A stretch of 64,000 bases of DNA, taken from NCBI GenBank assembly GCA_964016885.1, contig OZ024757.1, forward strand, positions 38,192,001 through 38,256,000. Reading direction: 5' to 3'. A model generated the notes under the pieces. That model saw only the letters and a program-made list of their open reading frames with translations. It was not told where the DNA came from and made no database searches. Shown here in pieces: positions 13,730 through 32,579 of this stretch (the first letter of the stretch is position 1; each line of letters opens with the position of its first letter). The translations under genes were made by a program, and so were the position numbers. This DNA is from Eledone cirrhosa (Eukaryota).

Positions 13730-14155
13730 ATATATATTTAAGTATGTATATATTTAAGTATGCATATATATATATATATTTAAGTATGTATATATTTAAG
13801 TATGCATATATATATATTTAAGTATGTATATATTTAAGTATGCATATATATATATATTTAAGTATGTATATATTTAAGTATGCATATATATATATTTAAG
13901 TATGTATATATTTAAGTATGCATATATATATATTTTTAAGTATGTATATATTTAAGTATGCATATATATATATATATTTAAGTATGTATATATTTCTGTA
14001 TGCATATATATATATATTTAAGTATGTATATATTTATGTATGCATATATATATATATTTAAGTATGTATATATTTAAGTATGCATATATATATATATTTA
14101 AGTATGTATATATTTAAGTATGCATATATATATATTTAAGTATGCATATATATAT
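13730..14155. repeat. ~40-bp minisatellite (TTTAAGTATGTATATATTTAAGTATGCATATATATA)n
   Basis: About 10 tandem units visible. Confidence 0.93.
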
Positions 14156-14233
14156 ATATATAAATACTTAGGTTAATAGGAGTTAGCTATTGTATACCCG
14201 TGTCCCATTAAAGTATTGGCAGTATAACCTCAC

Positions 14234-15210
<977 letters not shown>

Positions 15211-15247
15211 ATATATATTATATATATATATATAATTTATATATATA

Positions 15248-15292
<45 letters not shown>

Positions 15293-15334
15293 ATATATAT
15301 ATATACATATATACAGAGAGAGAGAGAGAGAGAG

Positions 15335-15724
15335 AAGGTGAAGTTTTAAATAACACGGAAAATATACTTAAGGGTCTGTTTTTCTTTTTTTTCATCCTTT
15401 CTTTGGTTCGTCAAACTGGCATTAACTTTGCCTTTCATCCTTACGGGGTCGATAAAATAAAGTACCAGTAATGTACTGCGTAATTGCTGGCCGTGTGCCT
15501 AAAATAGAAACAATTATTGAAAAGATAACATTATTGAAAAAATGACAGGGACAATTCTTTATTAAAAAAAGTTTTATAATGTATATTTTTTAAAAAAGAA
15601 TTGTCTCTCATTTTTTTAATACTGTTACCTTTTCAACAATGTCACTTTGACGAATCAAAGAAAGGATAAAAAAAGAAAAACAGACCCTTCAATATATTTT
15701 CCTTGCTATTTCCAACTTCACCTT
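15335..15724. mobile_element. inverted-repeat element (~88-bp arms) containing a SINE 3' half at 15422-15518
   Basis: AAGGTGAAGTT...GGGTCTGTTTTTCTTTTTTT..ATCCTTTCTTTGGTTCGTCAAA is inverted at 15638-15724. Confidence 0.75.
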
Positions 15725-15767
15725 TGCTCTATGTCCACTGTGTTGTATAGAAACTTACTTCCCTTTT

Positions 15768-15813
<46 letters not shown>

Positions 15814-15816
<3 letters not shown>

Positions 15817-15912
15817 TCATCAACATCATCAGGTCGAGCTTGCTCGGCTTTCTACGACACGATTCCTCCATCCATTTCTTTCTCTCATAGCGTTTGCCAG
15901 TTTTTCCGCCGT
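15814..15912 (-). mobile_element. RTE LINE 3' terminal fragment
   Basis: ADDTGCTAEKLANAMRERNGWRNRVVESRASST* followed by a (TGA)n-like tail; within (TA)n. Confidence 0.75.
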
Positions 15913-15943
15913 GCATCCAGTATCGTCCGCATATACATATATA

Positions 15944-15988
<45 letters not shown>

Positions 15989-16650
15989 ATAATATATTTC
16001 ACTGAGGTGGTACACCAATAAAGCACCGTCGATTTCGCTAATACGTCTTCCAATTGTTAGATCTACGGTTGAGTCTGCTGGTACAGCCTAAATGGAACGT
16101 GAAAATGGGTCTTAACCTGATTCTCAGGGAGATTCAGTGTGATGGAAGGGTCCAGTTTCTGGATTAACATAAAACCTTATGAAATTAATATGCATGTGAC
16201 TACATGTTTCATATATGCATCTAACGTAGGTTTAGAGTGACACTGTTCAAGGCCTGTCTGCGAATTGAAAATAATGGTATAGACCATATGACTGGTATCA
16301 TGCTTTCTTCTACACAATATCACGTAAAAGGATATGCAGCCTCTAGGCAATTTTACATGACGTTGTCTTTGGTGACAAGGAGCGGGATAGAACCAGGACC
16401 TAATGACAGCAAAGTGAATTACATTGCTATATGTTTATACTACTTCCATAGTAGGTTGCAGAGTTGATTGAACAATGAGAGGAAATGCAGTTGAATGTGT
16501 GCATCTGTGGGGGGTGTGGGGGGTGGATTCATCTATTGTTTACATATATACACATACTCACACACTCCCACATATATATATACAAATGTATACGTATATT
16601 TGTCTATATATATATATATATATATATACATTAATACGTGCCCGTGTGTC

Positions 16651-16695
<45 letters not shown>

Positions 16696-16728
16696 AAATA
16701 TATACGTGCCTGTGTGTCTGTGTGTATG

Positions 16729-16759
<31 letters not shown>

Positions 16760-16804
16760 GTATATATATATATTTCGCTTCTGAACATGACCCTCCCAAA
16801 GTAT

Positions 16805-16851
<47 letters not shown>

Positions 16852-16945
16852 CATGTGGTGCACAGGGTATATATATATATATATACATATAAATGTGGTG
16901 CACAGGGTATATATATATATATACATATACCCTGTGCACCACATT

Positions 16946-16993
<48 letters not shown>

Positions 16994-17269
16994 AATACAT
17001 ATAGGACATGTGAAAGCGTTTTGTTCTTTCGTGCATTTTTCAGCGAATTCTCGCATCGTTCACAATTGCCATTAAACAAAAACTGTAAATACTACCGACA
17101 TTCCTACATTCTGCTCAATTCAAAGACAAGATAGTATTACAGCAGCTGACAATGGCCCTCTACAAATGACCTGCAGGTATTGGCAAATGTGGAACAGATT
17201 CAAGACAATAGAAAATAATAGAACAGCCACAGAAACTGAATCAATAATACATGTGTTGACAATATTTCC

Positions 17270-20082
<2,813 letters not shown>

Positions 20083-20199
20083 AATCAACGATAACGGAAC
20101 AGGAACCATCTGAACATCGGAACAGGAAAATGATCAGGAATGAAATTATATATACATAATATATATATTCCTGTGTGTATATTTCTTGATTTCTTGGTT

Positions 20200-20400
20200 A
20201 TTAATGGATCGAGGCTAAGGATTAAGAACTTTAAAGAGTAAGGAGTAAGTACTATGTAGCTGAACACCACTTTTATATACCATGTATTTATGCTTAGACT
20301 GTACGTTAATGGAATGAATGATCGTGAAAGGGTAAGAAGGCGAGTATTATGAATTCCCAAGCGGTTGGTTGGATATGTAGAAATGTGGTTGTACAATTGT
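20200..20400 (-). mobile_element. possible old LINE 3' remnant
   Basis: HNTR...SRSFIPLT resembles the H.TR...SF.PRT...WN motif of CR1/L2/Jockey-group C-termini; highly degenerate. Confidence 0.35.
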
Positions 20401-21405
20401 ATTATAAATAAATAATGGTTATGAGAACTTCTACTTCAAAAGACTCTATTTTTCGTGTCGGATCATTACGTATATCAGATGTATCTTTGTTTGTATCTGA
20501 TTGTTTGTGAGGTTGATTCCAGTAACGCTTTTGTTCATACCACGCTGAATAATATTTGTAGGTAAATGAATAAAATGTTTGGATGTAATATCAAGAATTT
20601 ATCTCAACTACTTATCAGGTTACGGCTAGGATTTTGACAACGTCCATCATATGATCCTGATCAGCAGAAAATTTCCTAGATGTGGAACCATTGAGGAAAC
20701 TACATAGAAAAAGTTTAGGATTATGTGAGCAATAATAGTTATATTGTGAGATATAGAATGAAATATGGCATACGCTTAAATATGTTATTTTGTGTCGATA
20801 AGTAGATAAAGGAACACATTTACTGGGACATTAGAACGGCGGATGAAATACATTCCGGTGTATCCTTTCTAGTTTTCTACGCTAAGAGTTCTGATACCAG
20901 TGAAGTCAACATTTTATTTCAAACTTCGAGGCGGTTCATAAAAAAAGATTACTGGTCAAATCCGGAGATCGATTCTTATTCACGCACAATGAAGCTAAGA
21001 TCAGCTCTATTCAGAACTTCAGATACGTGGACACAGCCTGTTTGTAATCATGGTCAGATTTGATGAGATACAAAGGGGGCAATTGCCTAGAGTTTCCCGC
21101 ACCAGCGACGGCCATAGCAATTTATTTGAGCCCGCTTGCTAGGCTTTTTAGTGCTAGGATGGTTAGAATTATTGAATTTAATACCTGTCTGTATAACATT
21201 TTAATTCCAATCACGTGCGACGAGAAAACTTTGATATATAAAATTGGAGATGTTTGTTGTGTATTCTATTATTATTATTTGTGCATGAGGGGCCCTCAAA
21301 CTTGAAGTGCCTCGGGCCACAAACATTGTTTGTGATATACACATATGTAATTGAGCTAGCTACCCTTAGGTTTTAATAAGTAGTTAAAACATGAAGTTCT
21401 TATCA

Positions 21406-21594
21406 GTGGATTGGCAGTATTGGTAGAGAGTCAGGCGCCATGCTTTCTAGCAAAGAGTTACGGCCCTTTATGATCTGAGTTCAAATCCTGCTGAAGTTAG
21501 CTTTGCCTTTCATTCTTACGAGGTCTATAAAATAAAGTACCAGTAATGCACTGGGATAATTGCTGGCCTTGTGCCAACATTAAAAACAATTATT
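21406..21594 (+). mobile_element. tRNA-derived SINE, short subfamily
   Basis: Full head, B-box GAGTTCAAATCC, core and tail. Confidence 0.92.
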
Positions 21595-21957
21595 AGATAA
21601 TAATGGTATCGATAAAAGCTGATGTTCGACAATATTGGTATGTATAAAACTCACTAAGATTAAGTCATCTTTAGCTGTCCGTCAGTTTAAACAAATGGGT
21701 TGCACAATTTAAAATATGGTGCAATGATATCTAGCCATTTGATATCAAATTTACAATGTTTCTTATGAAAGCCTCTGTATCAGGTAAACCAAGATACATA
21801 TCATATGATATATAATACATAGGACTGTCTTACATGCACCGAGTTATGAATACTTGTAAATCTTGTTTGATATCTTTTTATATAAACTTATAAAGCTACA
21901 AGCGCGCGCACAGACACACACATATATATATATATATATGATGTATATATATATATA

Positions 21958-22002
<45 letters not shown>

Positions 22003-22861
22003 CAGAAGATCCCGTTAAAGGTGAAAGCAGCGATTCTTTGCTTAAACTTTAATCTGTTCTTATAATAAATATTTGCTCTACGGGTTTATATATATATATA
22101 TAATATAATATAATATAATATATATTTGTATATAATATATATATGTATATATAATATATATAATGTATATGTGCGTAAGTAAGCATGTGTTTTTTTCCCG
22201 ATCCATTTAGAATGATATTGAATTAGAGAAGAATTATTATCCAAATAACCAATCGATATGAGTCAGAACCAAGCAATCAATAACCCGAAACTAGACGAAC
22301 TTTCCAGAAACCAATATAAATGGATACAAAATTAGGAAAAACAATATTAACAAAAAAATGATCCTAGCTTTGGAACAGAGTATCAACTGTCAAACATGTT
22401 TCAAGGTGGTTTCACACTCGAGCAACAGGATTGAATTCGGATTAACTTGCAGGGCAATATATATCTTATTTGAAGCAGAAAACTACATTCCTCTTTGGTG
22501 TATTATTTTGGTATACCATTATTATATGTTTTCTCTTTCTCTCTCTCCTTCTCTCTCCTCCTTCTACCCCACTAATTCTTTCTTTCCCTTTCGCTCTGCC
22601 TTTCGTTCAACCTTTCTCTCTGTATCTCTGTACCCCTCTCTCTATACAACATATATACAACTCTCTCTCACACACATATGTATATATATACTTCTCTCTC
22701 TCTATATATATATATATTTATATATATATATATATAAACATATATTTTATATGACTATATATACATATATAAACATATATATTATATGACTGTATATACA
22801 TATATATATACTTATACTTTATGTGTATATCTATACTTGTACATTATACACACACACACAC

Positions 22862-22892
<31 letters not shown>

Positions 22893-23079
22893 AATATGTA
22901 TACAATATTTCTTCTATAAATATCTATTGTAGATTACATCCTAGCAATATTTCATACTTGACTAACTACAGCATGGATTTCAATTGGTTGCTGTATTCCA
23001 TGTGTGCAATTTTATGCAATAGGATACATTACCTACGTCATTTTACATGCTTCATTGTACATACATACCGTCGTTACAA

Positions 23080-23110
<31 letters not shown>

Positions 23111-23121
23111 AACACAAACGC

Positions 23122-23155
<34 letters not shown>

Positions 23156-23249
23156 GACATTTATTTACATACACGAGTTGTATTTCCTAAACTCTCTATG
23201 TAAATGTTACTGTTTTTGTCATCTATATATTTTCTTTACTAATTGTCTC

Positions 23250-23710
23250 AGGGTAGAATCGCTGGAGAGATTTTACGGTCAGAGCACGCTGGTTGGATAA
23301 CATCCAGGAGCTTGGCTAGTTTCCTTGCGGAAACAGTTGCTTCTGACAGGTCTCACTGGAAAGAGTATTTGAGGACTCAGCCCCCACGACCCTCTCAGGA
23401 CTAAGTGGACAGAGAAGATGAAGACCTTCTGCCATTTGGAATTGAGGGACAACTGCTCCGATACTATGGGCATGTGGTTAGAATGTTTCAGGAGGGAATC
23501 GCTGGACAGATTTTATGGTCAAAACCAACTAGCAGGAGATACAGGGGTAGCAGCCGAGTAAGATGGTTGGGTAGCATCCATGAGCATAGCTGGTCTCGCT
23601 TCCTGATCTAGCAGTGTCAGGTGGAGACGGCTGCTTCTGACAGGACCCACTGGAAGGAGTGTCTGAGGTCGCATCTCCTCAAAACCTTCTAATGAATAAG
23701 TGGATGGAGT
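23250..23710 (+). mobile_element. two tandem degenerate RTE (Expander/Rex3-like) 3' fragments
   Basis: IEGQLLRYYGHVVRMFQEGIAGQILWSKPTSRRYRGSSRVRW; the 3' segment GCTTCTGACAGG..CACTGGAA.GAGT..TGAGG occurs twice. Confidence 0.75.
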
Positions 23711-24491
23711 GGGGGTAAGAGAGAGACGAAGCTGTTCATATGTAGCATCACATGAAAGCTTGTGGCTTAGTGTTCGAATATCTGGAACACTCCCCGCCGA
23801 TACCGACGGAGATCCAACACAACACATACAATATTTCACGATATTATTGTTGCTTCTATTACTATTGCTGATTGTTCCCCTGATCGTTTCTATAGCTGTC
23901 GTTGTTATGTGTTATATGCCGTTGGCATAGAAAGGGTATTCATAGATAAATGTTATATCTGCCTCTATGACAGATGGCAGTTGTTCGGTACTGCTGAAGA
24001 AAACGGCACCATATATAGTATTTCTATTTATGTAAGTGACAGTATCATACGTTAATATGTTTCTACTGTTTTCTTGGTTATTTATATATTTACTTTGGCA
24101 AGTCCACCTCCAGCTATACCACAGTTCCATTCAGCCGATATTATTTTTTTTTCTAGTATTTCTTTCCTTTCTGCCGGCTGCATCTTTTGATAAAACTCAG
24201 CTCATGAAAGCTCAACGCTACCAGCAAATTATTCTGTGATCCTACTGTGATTTATCGAAAGTTCATCGCTGTTGTTGCTCGCAGCTGCACTTGTTTATGC
24301 AACTGCAGTTGACAATAGTATTGCTTAATTTGCATACGGTGCAGGCGTTGTCGACTCTGATAAACCTATGATTACAAAACTACATAAAATAATGAGCAGT
24401 AATTTGGCGGTAGTAATTTTAGTTGATTGTACCAACAACGGAATCCTAGCGATGTTTATTTTGTATTTTAATGATTGGAGTCTGATAATGA

Positions 24492-24541
<50 letters not shown>

Positions 24542-24545
24542 GGGA

Positions 24546-24638
24546 GGGAAGAGTCAGGATCCCGAGGGCTAAGACCCGGCCGTTTTGACAGCTTGATCCT
24601 TATGGTCCACCTGGTATCTTACCACAATTTCTTTCTTA

Positions 24639-24685
<47 letters not shown>

Positions 24686-24740
24686 AGAAATAGCCCTCGA
24701 AACAGCTTGAGCTCTGCCGTTGGGATCCTGAACATTTTCC

Positions 24741-24743
<3 letters not shown>
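24546..24743. mobile_element. rearranged family A fragments around a (TA)n tract
   Basis: Matches to both arms and to the extension of 6391-6587. Confidence 0.75.
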
Positions 24744-24774
<31 letters not shown>

Positions 24775-24892
24775 TATGTGTGTGTATGTGTGTGGTGATA
24801 AAATATTACCACATACACTATTTCGTTTTATTCTTGGTACACACCTTCTTGAATTTGTATTTATTCTGGATGAAAATATAATTTTTCGCACC

Positions 24893-25040
24893 TCATCACA
24901 TAGCATCAGAACTGTGATATCTCAATTCGGAGAAGTAGCAGCTGTACTTGAATCGAACCTATCAACTCCGTGTTACGAAATTGCGAACAGCTTTACTTCA
25001 CAGAACCTTCGGCGAAGTCCCCATTTCGGCCGCTGTTAGT
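24893..25040 (-). mobile_element. RTE LINE internal fragment
   Basis: Minus strand gives TAAEMG...QLLLLRIEISQF*CY, same family as 63050-63515. Confidence 0.65.
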
Positions 25041-25953
25041 TCAACAAGATGTCAAATTTAGATATATGGGTGAAATGTAAGGGTTACAAGCATATTGCAA
25101 TATCTATTATATTACATAATACTGAAAATAACAAATCTACATTGTGAGTGAGTTGGAATACTCCGGTATTTCCTAATGTTTGTTGAGTGAGTTGGAAATT
25201 GGTCGGAGTATCGCTATTAGCTTTCTCCGTTTATGTTATTATGTTTATCTATGCATATCTATACACACACACACACACACTTATATATATATCTCAACAT
25301 GCATATATATATGTATATACACACAAATATACAGATACACACTAATATATACAAACATATATTTATGTAGATATAAACGTGTATTGTGAATTAGCACGGA
25401 ACAGTTTTCAAAATGGCTTTACTTTTCATAATATCAAAATAATTTAATAGCAGATCGCAATTGTTTTTTGCTGTCGTTTCAATTTTGAAAATACATTAAT
25501 ATCTGCACTACCTCACAAAATCCATTTTAAATATATTCAAGTTCTTTTGATACTGAAAATGTTGATAACAGCATTTTGTCTGTAAAGTGTTAAAAAATAA
25601 TAAAACGTGTACTTGCATTAGCACATAGCTATTTATACAGAGACTTATACAGATTTCTGGATAGGACGATGAGTCAGCAATCGTGAAAGCTTCTATCACT
25701 ATTGCTGACTCTCTCTGTCTCTCTCTGTCACACTCGCTCACACACACTCACTCTCTGTTACTCTCTCTCTCTCTGTAGCACTCTCTTACTCTCTCTCTTT
25801 AATATTTTCTCACTCACTCTCTCCCTCTCACTTTTGCAGACTCTCATAGACACACACTTACAATATATACATACATATCTATATATGTGTGTGTATATAT
25901 ATATAATATATATATATATATAAAATGTGTATATATATATATACACATATGTA

Positions 25954-25999
<46 letters not shown>

Positions 26000-27173
26000 A
26001 TATATATATATACACATATGTATGTGTGTATATATTTGTGTATATATATATATATATGTGTGTGTATATGTGTGTGTATATATATATGTGTATGTGTATA
26101 TAAGTGTATTTGTGTGTGTGTATATATATATATGTGTGTATATATAAGTGTATATATATATATATATATATACAGAGAGGGAGAGAGAGAGAGAATATGA
26201 AAGAGAGGGCAGATTGAGGCTCAGCACAGATTTTCATAAATGTTACTAAAGCATTATTTCTGTACCACTCGATCATTTTTTCCACAAATGTTCACTTAGG
26301 TGTTACCTCATCTCACTTCCCTGATATTTTCCTCTTTTAAAGCGCTTATTTTTTCCTTCAACAAATATAATACCAAATGAAATATACTTTACACAGCAGT
26401 GAGGAAAAAATATCTGATAAACTTGATCGAAAATTCGAGTATATCTTAAAGGTTTGCGTCAAAATCCATTTTTTAAGCAACATCTCCTACTCTTTTCCCT
26501 GTCATATTATTTTCAGATGCTATTTAATCCATGCAGGAAAAAATCTTTATTCAAATGTCGGAGAAAATATTAATGATATTAATAATAAAACAGGAGATAA
26601 ATTTGCAACAGTGGAAAAATAGTAGGAAAAAATGTGAGATGCTGGATTCAGAATTAAAATATGTGGGAAGATTAGATGTAACTGCTGTTGACATGAGAAT
26701 ATATACAGTTAACTATTGCTAACACAACGCACCAAATGGAAGGGAAAGGCCAGGGCACATTAGAATTGTCCTCGCTATATAGTGAAGATATACAATAAGG
26801 ATAGAAAAATAAGATCACTGAAATAATTATCACCATAATCCCACAGTGCTTAAGCATATGTATTTATATTAGTATAATCATAAAGTTTAAATCTATATTT
26901 GAAGTGAATAGACCGGAAGCTTTTGCTCTGAGACTTATCCATAATGTGACTAAGGGAATTATAAGTCCTGAAATATTAGGACGAAAAACAAATGATGACC
27001 AGGTAACTAACTTTTACGTTGCCTTCATTTTGAATTGTGTTAGCCTTCTTACATATATCAATTTCAACATCATATGTAATACGCAATGCTTCAAGCAAAC
27101 TAGAGAGGTGATGAGTGTGAAGATTGTGTGTGTGTGTGTAAATCTGTCTTGTACATCGCCTTTCTTTATTTCC

Positions 27174-27265
27174 GCCTCGGCGGGGTCTGAAGTCAGAACG
27201 TAAAAGGACGTAACTCTATGCTGCTAAGCATAGTGTCCGATGCACTACGAATACTGTCAATCCGC
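27174..27265 (-). mobile_element. SINE 5' half
   Basis: Reverse complement of head and degenerate B-box. Confidence 0.75.
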
Positions 27266-27302
27266 AGCATAATAATATTAATAGTAGTAATAATAGGTAT
27301 AA

Positions 27303-27342
<40 letters not shown>

Positions 27343-27346
<4 letters not shown>

Positions 27347-27550
27347 CAAGTGTGTTTTGAAACAGCGAGCGAGTTTGCAGTTAGAAATAGAAGCTTTCGC
27401 CGTATTTCTGACTAAAGAAATGTTAGCCTGTTAGTGGGGTTTAGAACCCTCTAAGAAATGGAAAAAGGTGAGTGTTGTTCCATTTCTTAAAGGGTTCTAA
27501 ACCCCACTATGAGGCTAAAATTTCTTTAGTAAACAATGCGGGGAAAGCTT
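27343..27550. mobile_element. fold-back element family E (palindrome 27391-27550)
   Basis: AAGCTTTC...ACTAAAGAAAT.TTAGCCT...TAGTGGGGTTTAGAACCCT.TAAGAAATGGAA inverted around a 14-nt spacer; (TA)n on both flanks. Confidence 0.85.
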
Positions 27551-28239
27551 ATATATATATATATTCAACATTCCTCCTTTGTGTCTTACAGTAACAGACT
27601 ACTTCAAGTCTTTTTCAAATCATTGCTTGCGGAATTCGATACCTAACCATTATAGACACCATCTGACACCACGTACACACCATGTGTTTGATTTCTTTAG
27701 CATCTTTACAACTCATTATCGGATATAATATATAGCCACGTGTAACTGTCTCCAGACTGCTTTACACTATAATTTCGCTCCATATTATTACTACATCCTC
27801 ATTGGAAATAGTCATATGAAACACTAAAGAAAACTAGAATGAGGCGAGAGGGTCAGCAGGAGATGGGGAAGTCTTTCTGGAAATGATATAGCTTAACTGT
27901 TGGACATTTCGGAGTCTAGTTATCCCCATTCAATGTTAAACTACTTCCATACGTATTTCATTTATATATTTCAATATATAAACTTAGACATTCCGTCAAC
28001 GATTCATAAAGTGAAGACATTCATTTATCTCCTTAAAGAATCGGAAATGGCGACTGAAGTCATGTAAGAGTGGAATGAGAAGAAGATTGTGTTCTACCTC
28101 TTAGCTACTGAATGTGTCACTATATTGGTACACACACAAGCACACATACACACTCACAGGTACATACACACACACACACACACACATATATATCTGTCGA
28201 TGTGTAAGTATCTATAATGTTTGGGGCTTTCTGAATGTG

Positions 28240-28251
28240 TATACATACATA

Positions 28252-28302
<51 letters not shown>

Positions 28303-28338
28303 GTATATATATATATTTATATATATGTATATATATAA

Positions 28339-28371
<33 letters not shown>

Positions 28372-28379
28372 TATATGCG

Positions 28380-28436
<57 letters not shown>

Positions 28437-28439
28437 GCG

Positions 28440-28518
<79 letters not shown>

Positions 28519-28521
28519 GCG

Positions 28522-28600
<79 letters not shown>

Positions 28601-28603
28601 GCG

Positions 28604-28664
<61 letters not shown>

Positions 28665-28667
28665 GCG

Positions 28668-28710
<43 letters not shown>

Positions 28711-28713
28711 GCG

Positions 28714-28744
<31 letters not shown>

Positions 28745-28775
28745 GCATATATATATACATATATATATATATATA

Positions 28776-28850
<75 letters not shown>

Positions 28851-28933
28851 CATACATATATGCATATATATATATACATATATGCATATATATATATACA
28901 TATATGCATATATATATATATATACATATATGC

Positions 28934-28966
<33 letters not shown>

Positions 28967-29420
28967 TGCATATATATATACATATATGCATATATATATA
29001 TATATATATACATATATGCATATATATATATATACATATACGCATATATATATATACATATATGCATATATATATATGCATATATATATATACATATATG
29101 CATATATATACATATACATATATGCATATATATATATATGCATATATATATATATAACGGCGATGAATAAATATATATATATATATAGGATCACACGCAC
29201 TTGTATGTGTGCATATGCGCTTCTGTATATATATATGTATATATATATATATATATATAGAAGCACACATACACACACCCACACACATATATATATATAT
29301 ATATATGTGTGTGGGTGTGCTTCTATGTATGTATATATGTATGTGTATGAATGTCTAAAGTTATTGCGTGCTTCTGTATGTATGTATGTCTCTGTATGTA
29401 TATATATATATATATGGTGT
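28240..29420. repeat. (TA)n array with TGCG/TGCA interruptions
   Basis: Direct inspection. Confidence 0.97.
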
Positions 29421-29987
29421 CAGTGCATGTGTGAGTACGCGTCTGTGTAAGTATGATTTAGTGTCTATGTGTGTGTGTGAAGTATGTGGCGATATAAGGT
29501 TAACTGTAAAGTACTTCCTTTACCTCTTCAAAGGTTCTAAACGACTGTGCTTTTCGACCAGTCTGAAGAATAGATGTGATTAGTGGTGAATTAAAATGTG
29601 TAATTATACGTCTACAGCCACATATGCATACGTTTATGAATGTTTATTTAGAGAAATTAGTAGGAGTCGCTGTGTGTGAGCGTGTTAAGATGAAAATGTC
29701 GGAATGTTGGAAGATATTAATTGACACAGAAAGAAAGTTATACTAATATCTAGATATAAAGCATTACAGAATATGTGATATTGTCTAGTATGAAACACAG
29801 AATTTAGTTGGTTTACATATGACAGGATAACAGCAAAGTATAGTTTCTGAAGAGTTAAGAAAATAGAAGAAAATGATTGTATAAGATACGACGAAGGACA
29901 GTATACGGAATAATGGAGCTGGAATAAAGAATATTGTACTGAAATAGCTCAGCATGTGATCAGATTGTTTAAACTACGATTGAAGAT

Positions 29988-30034
29988 ATATATATATATC
30001 TGTACATACATACGCACACGCACATGCATACATA

Positions 30035-30114
<80 letters not shown>

Positions 30115-30557
30115 CATATATATATATACATATATATACATATATATATATATACATATATATACATATATATATATATACATATATATACATATATATA
30201 TATATACATATATATATATACATATATATATACATATATATATATGCATATATATATACATATATATATACATATATATATATATACACACATATATATA
30301 TATATACATATATACATATACATATATATATATACACATATATACATATATACATATACATATATATATATATACATATATACATATACATATATATATA
30401 TACACATATATACATATATATATATATACACATATATACATATATATATATACACATATATACATATATATATATACACATATATACATATATATATATA
30501 TACACATATATACATATACATATATATACATATATATATATATATACATATATATAC

Positions 30558-30588
<31 letters not shown>

Positions 30589-30686
30589 CATATATACATA
30601 TATACATATACATATATATATATATACACATATATACATATACACATATATATATACACATATATACATATATATATATATACACA

Positions 30687-30718
<32 letters not shown>

Positions 30719-30741
30719 CACATATATACATATATATATAC

Positions 30742-30796
<55 letters not shown>

Positions 30797-30803
30797 CATA
30801 TAT
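29988..30803. repeat. (TA)n/(TACA)n array
   Basis: Direct inspection. Confidence 0.97.
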
Positions 30804-30897
30804 GTAGGAGGTGAGTTTTATTGTAGTACAATAAAGCAATGCAGATATCGGATAAGAAGCACTCTACAGTTTGTAGGACTGGAGTATACATAATATA
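30804..30897. repeat. ~94-bp sequence duplicated at 34554-34647
   Basis: GTAGGAGGTGAGTTTTATTGTAG...GGACTGGAGTATACATAATATA; one mismatch seen between copies. Confidence 0.9.
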
Positions 30898-31184
30898 TAA
30901 GATCAAAAGATGGTTAAAGGAGTTTCATGTATTTTATTATGCGCATTTCTCTTCGTTAATTTTCAAATTTCCATAATAATTGTAAACATACACACAATAT
31001 TTTGACGTTAGAATATCCATCCGCAATCCATTATTTTTTCTCTCTATCATCAAACTTTTTAATCTCAATACATATTAACTCCCTCTCCTTCTTCGTACAT
31101 ATTTTCCCTTCGTTAATTTTCAAATTCTTTTAATTTATACATTATCTTCCAATGGTTTTCAACCTCTCTATGTAAAACAATATA

Positions 31185-31575
31185 TCTTTTCTCAGCCGAA
31201 AGGCTGAGGCCATGCTGGGGCACCACCAGCGATGCATGACTTTCTATAGCCAGCCTTCCCTGGTAGGACATAGATACAAACATGAGGTTGTTCCTGTTGG
31301 TCTTATTTGCGCTTCGAATCGTGCAGAAGTTTAATCCGAAATCTTGGTCAGCAGAATGTCAAGATGTCTCCTGAAAACATCTACAGAAACACCACGTAAG
31401 GCTCTCAGGTTATTTGGCAGCTTATGAAAAAGCTGGGATCCCTTGAAATCCAGGCTATTGCAGTATCTCGCCCTTATACCTGATGCGACAGATGGGCCCT
31501 TTCTCACTACATATTGGTGTCCTGTTCGTGGGCTTCGCCTGCATTCAGGACCGAAAGAATTGTGGGGTAAAAGAT
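31185..31575 (-). mobile_element. CR1-group LINE 3' end
   Basis: RTG...IRARYCNSLDFKGSQLFHKLPNNLRALRGVSVDVFRRHLDILLTKISD; 3' UTR GGTGGTGCCCCAGCATGGCC plus stem-loop CTCAGCC-N4-GGCTGAG. Confidence 0.8.
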
Positions 31576-31895
31576 GCATGTCCTCCTATCCCCCTGGTGT
31601 CAGGTGCCGCACCAGCAACGGTCATAGACATTTATTTGTGCTCTCTTTTCAACTTAATACCTCTATGTTTAACTCTTCATTTCAAATTACTTGGACGAAG
31701 CTGACTTTGATATGTAAATTTAGGGTAGCCCCGTCCCCTCCCATCCGAAACCAGAGTCGCCACGGGGCCAACCTAGTGTTAAATGTAATCCTGCTGCTGA
31801 CCTTTCCAGAATTTTCCATATGTATATCGCTGATAACCATTCCCGTCTCAGCTCCATATATATTATAAATTACAATTGTCTGTGATAATAATAGC

Positions 31896-31936
<41 letters not shown>

Positions 31937-31944
31937 TTATTATG

Positions 31945-31975
<31 letters not shown>

Positions 31976-32487
31976 AATCAATAACGAGTGACTAGCAAAT
32001 TATATAATTTTAGTGATTTAATATAATATAGTATAATATAGTATAGTAGATTGCCAGACTAAATTATTTATATAATTACATAAAATGTTCAACTTTCCGA
32101 AATCAATTTAGCCTATTATTGATTTAGATTTTTATCATTACACTTTTGATAAATTGAATATCAGTTATGGCTCAAATGATATTTTAAGCAAACACTTGAC
32201 AACAATACTTATTGGCTATTTGCCGTTCTACCATAGGAAACATTTGTATTAATATATTATTTAGTGAAATATGAGTTCCAACTATGCTTCTTCAACGACC
32301 AAACTTACTTTAATTCTTTCCCTCATCCTCACCACTTCTCCTTTTTCTTCGTTGATGTCGTCTTCGTCTTCTTCTTCTTCTTCTTCTTCTCTTCTTCTCA
32401 ACGTCGAACCCACTCCAGTACCTCCAAGCGTGAAACTAATATAACTGTGAACAATTGCCTCTTGTTTTGTTTAACGTTCAACACACA

Positions 32488-32577
<90 letters not shown>

Positions 32578-32579
<2 letters not shown>

